A stretch of 18,509 bases of DNA from a virus. Positions 17,117 through 18,509 of the stretch are shown here, piece after piece (position 1 is the stretch's first letter; every line of letters begins with the position of its first letter). Position numbers and translations under genes: made by a program. The DNA is taken from positions 1 to 18,509 of IMG/VR virus record IMGVR_UViG_3300039321_000032; one strand, given 5' to 3'. The notes beneath the pieces were generated by a model that was given only the letters and a program-made list of their open reading frames with translations, had not been told where the DNA came from and searched no databases.

Positions 17117-18509
17117 TAGATTGTAATATTTTTAACAGTATCTTCTGTTAGTGTTAAATTCTCTGTATATTTAACTGTTCCTGTAGGTCCATCAGTCACT
17201 TCAAATTTAAACTGAACACCTTTTTGAGCATATATTCTATAATTTCCATTATCCTGCATATAAGCCACATTCAAGAAGTTATCGTTTTCTGTAAGTATCT
17301 GATTTACCCCAGTTGGTATAGTGCCACTTGGAGTTTCTAATTTGCCTGTAATAAGAACAGCTTTATTTGGGTCTGGAGTTTGAGTAAACATACATTTAGG
17401 ACCATCTACGCCTCCTTGTTTATAAAGACTAAAGTAGAAACTCCTTTGATTATATGTAGTATTCTCATTATAAGTAACTGTTAATTCTGTTTCTCCAGGT
17501 TGCCCAGATTCAGGTGTAATGCTTACAATTTCATTTGGACTATATCATCCTAATTCTCAAGGAATATTAGAAGTAACTGTAATCTTTTTAGTCCCAGCTT
17601 TATAATCTACAACTGGATCTGAATCATCAAATGATATATATTCACCTAGATTTTGAACTCCAGCTAAATAACTATTAATATCTTGAACTTTAATAAATTC
17701 ACATCTAACTGTAGAATCTGAATTAATATCATAAGCATCAATCTTATTAAGTATCCAGTAAGAATCTTCAAAATAATAGAACTGTCTAAGTAAATCATAC
17801 TTAACATCTAAATCATCCAATCTTACAAAACAAGTAACTTTCTTAGTATTAACATCAAATTGATCATTATAAAATTCACTTCAGAATCTACTATAAATAG
17901 TACTTCCGATATTATAAGTTATATCATCAATATAAATCTCTTGTGGTAATCCAAAATCTCAAGAAGCAGTAACATTAGAGGACGAAACGGTATACCTTGT
18001 AAATTGAGGTAATACAGTTCTCTTTATAGCAATTTTATTCCCACTAATATCTTTCTCACTTTTAGTAGATATATAACACATTTCCTGATCATTTAATATG
18101 TTCATTTCTGTAAGATCATCTGTAATTCAATATGTTACTTCATTTCCTTTTACATCAGTTAAAGGAACATTACCGTTAAAGAATACTAGGGATTGAGAGA
18201 TATCCTCTAAAGATTCCTCATTACCATCAATTGAGAAAAATACATTTTTGGCAAATATATCATTACCTGCGATTTTATATCATTCTGTGGTTTTAGAGGG
18301 ATCTATAAAATTAGCTCCGTATAACTCTTGATCTATAGTCTTAAGTTCAGTAGTGCTATTATTAAATAATGTATAGGTAATATTATCATTCATAAATGCA
18401 GGAACTACAAGGGAAGAAGAATTGTAAAAATTTCTAAAATATTTATTTCTCCATCTTGCAGAAACTATATTTTCATATATATTATCACTATACAGTTCAG
18501 TTGTTTCAG
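17116..18509 (-). CDS. tail-associated structural protein with C-terminal BACON/Ig-like domain (over 464 aa, 5' end outside the window)
   Basis: One frame is open from the right window edge to TAA 17116-17118 if six TGAs are sense (18280-18282, 18127-18129, 17959-17961, 17881-17883, 17557-17559, 17545-17547). It absorbs track ORFs 17557..17820 and 17116..17391. ITVTSNIPWELGWYSPNEIVSITPESGQPGETELTVTYNENTTYNQRSFYF matches the BACON-type pattern. The stop overlaps the tape-measure ATG (TAATG). Confidence 0.75.

Noticed and set aside
1324-17126. Plus-strand track ORFs 1324..1509, 3896..4117, 3975..4172, 6307..6603, 7586..7774, 10411..10677, 10681..10950, 12296..12517, 13169..13531, 14484..14678, 16242..16496, 16635..16895 and 16938..17126
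   Set aside because: All lie antisense within long, well-supported minus-strand genes. They have low-complexity or hydrophobic compositions typical of shadow ORFs in AT-rich DNA, with no coupling or plausible start context.
1-18509. TGA decoded as glycine (table 25, SR1/Gracilibacteria-type) or as selenocysteine
   Set aside because: TGA aligns with TGG-encoded Trp in a paralogue (KNW block) and with conserved aromatic positions (M15 W-x-H, BACON W...W, fibre K-W-V). Twenty-six sites in 11 unrelated proteins with no recurring downstream hairpin is incompatible with SECIS-directed selenocysteine. Gly cannot be excluded at a few unconserved sites without alignments.
1-18509. Fragmented ORFs as pseudogenes, frameshifts or assembly errors
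   Set aside because: All 26 interruptions are TGA in the original frame. No TAA or TAG interruptions and no frame changes are needed, and the joined products have sensible domain continuity. Random decay would hit all three stop codons and produce indels.
1-18509. CRISPR array, integrase/attachment site, transposase or other mobile element
   Set aside because: No regularly spaced direct repeats, no recombinase-like ORF in any frame under either code, and no terminal inverted repeats flanking any segment.

Overview
AT-rich tailed-phage late region with 24 protein genes, 21 of them on the minus strand. Minus-strand order, from high to low coordinates: a tail-associated protein with a BACON/Ig-like C-terminal domain (5' end outside the window); a 919-aa tape-measure-like protein; prohead protease, scaffold, major capsid protein and a 174-aa structural protein; three paralogous receptor-binding cassettes (BspA/DUF285-like LRR protein, small protein, fibre); a 130-aa protein, the portal and two neck-like proteins; then a membrane protein, holin, M15 endolysin and HNH endonuclease. 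Three small plus-strand ORFs at the left edge converge on a shared hairpin terminator. The main observation is that TGA is a sense codon here, best read as Trp (translation-table-4-like). Twenty-six in-frame TGAs split 11 genes into the fragments seen in the standard-code ORF track. Every real stop is TAA (23) or TAG (1), and none is TGA. TGA aligns with TGG-encoded Trp in paralogues and falls on conserved Trp positions in the M15 W-x-H motif and the BACON-like domain. TGA use is uneven. Portal, protease, scaffold, capsid and the 174-aa protein have none (14 Trp, all TGG). Tail, fibre, LRR and lysis genes use TGA for about 59% of Trp. The endolysin loses its third zinc ligand if TGA is read as stop. 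A peptidoglycan hydrolase plus almost no Shine-Dalgarno sequences suggests a walled, probably Bacteroidota-like, standard-code host, which would make this a recoded phage rather than a Mollicute phage. No tRNA, CRISPR array, reverse transcriptase or integrase is visible in the window. All functional calls come from motif recognition by eye, with no database search.
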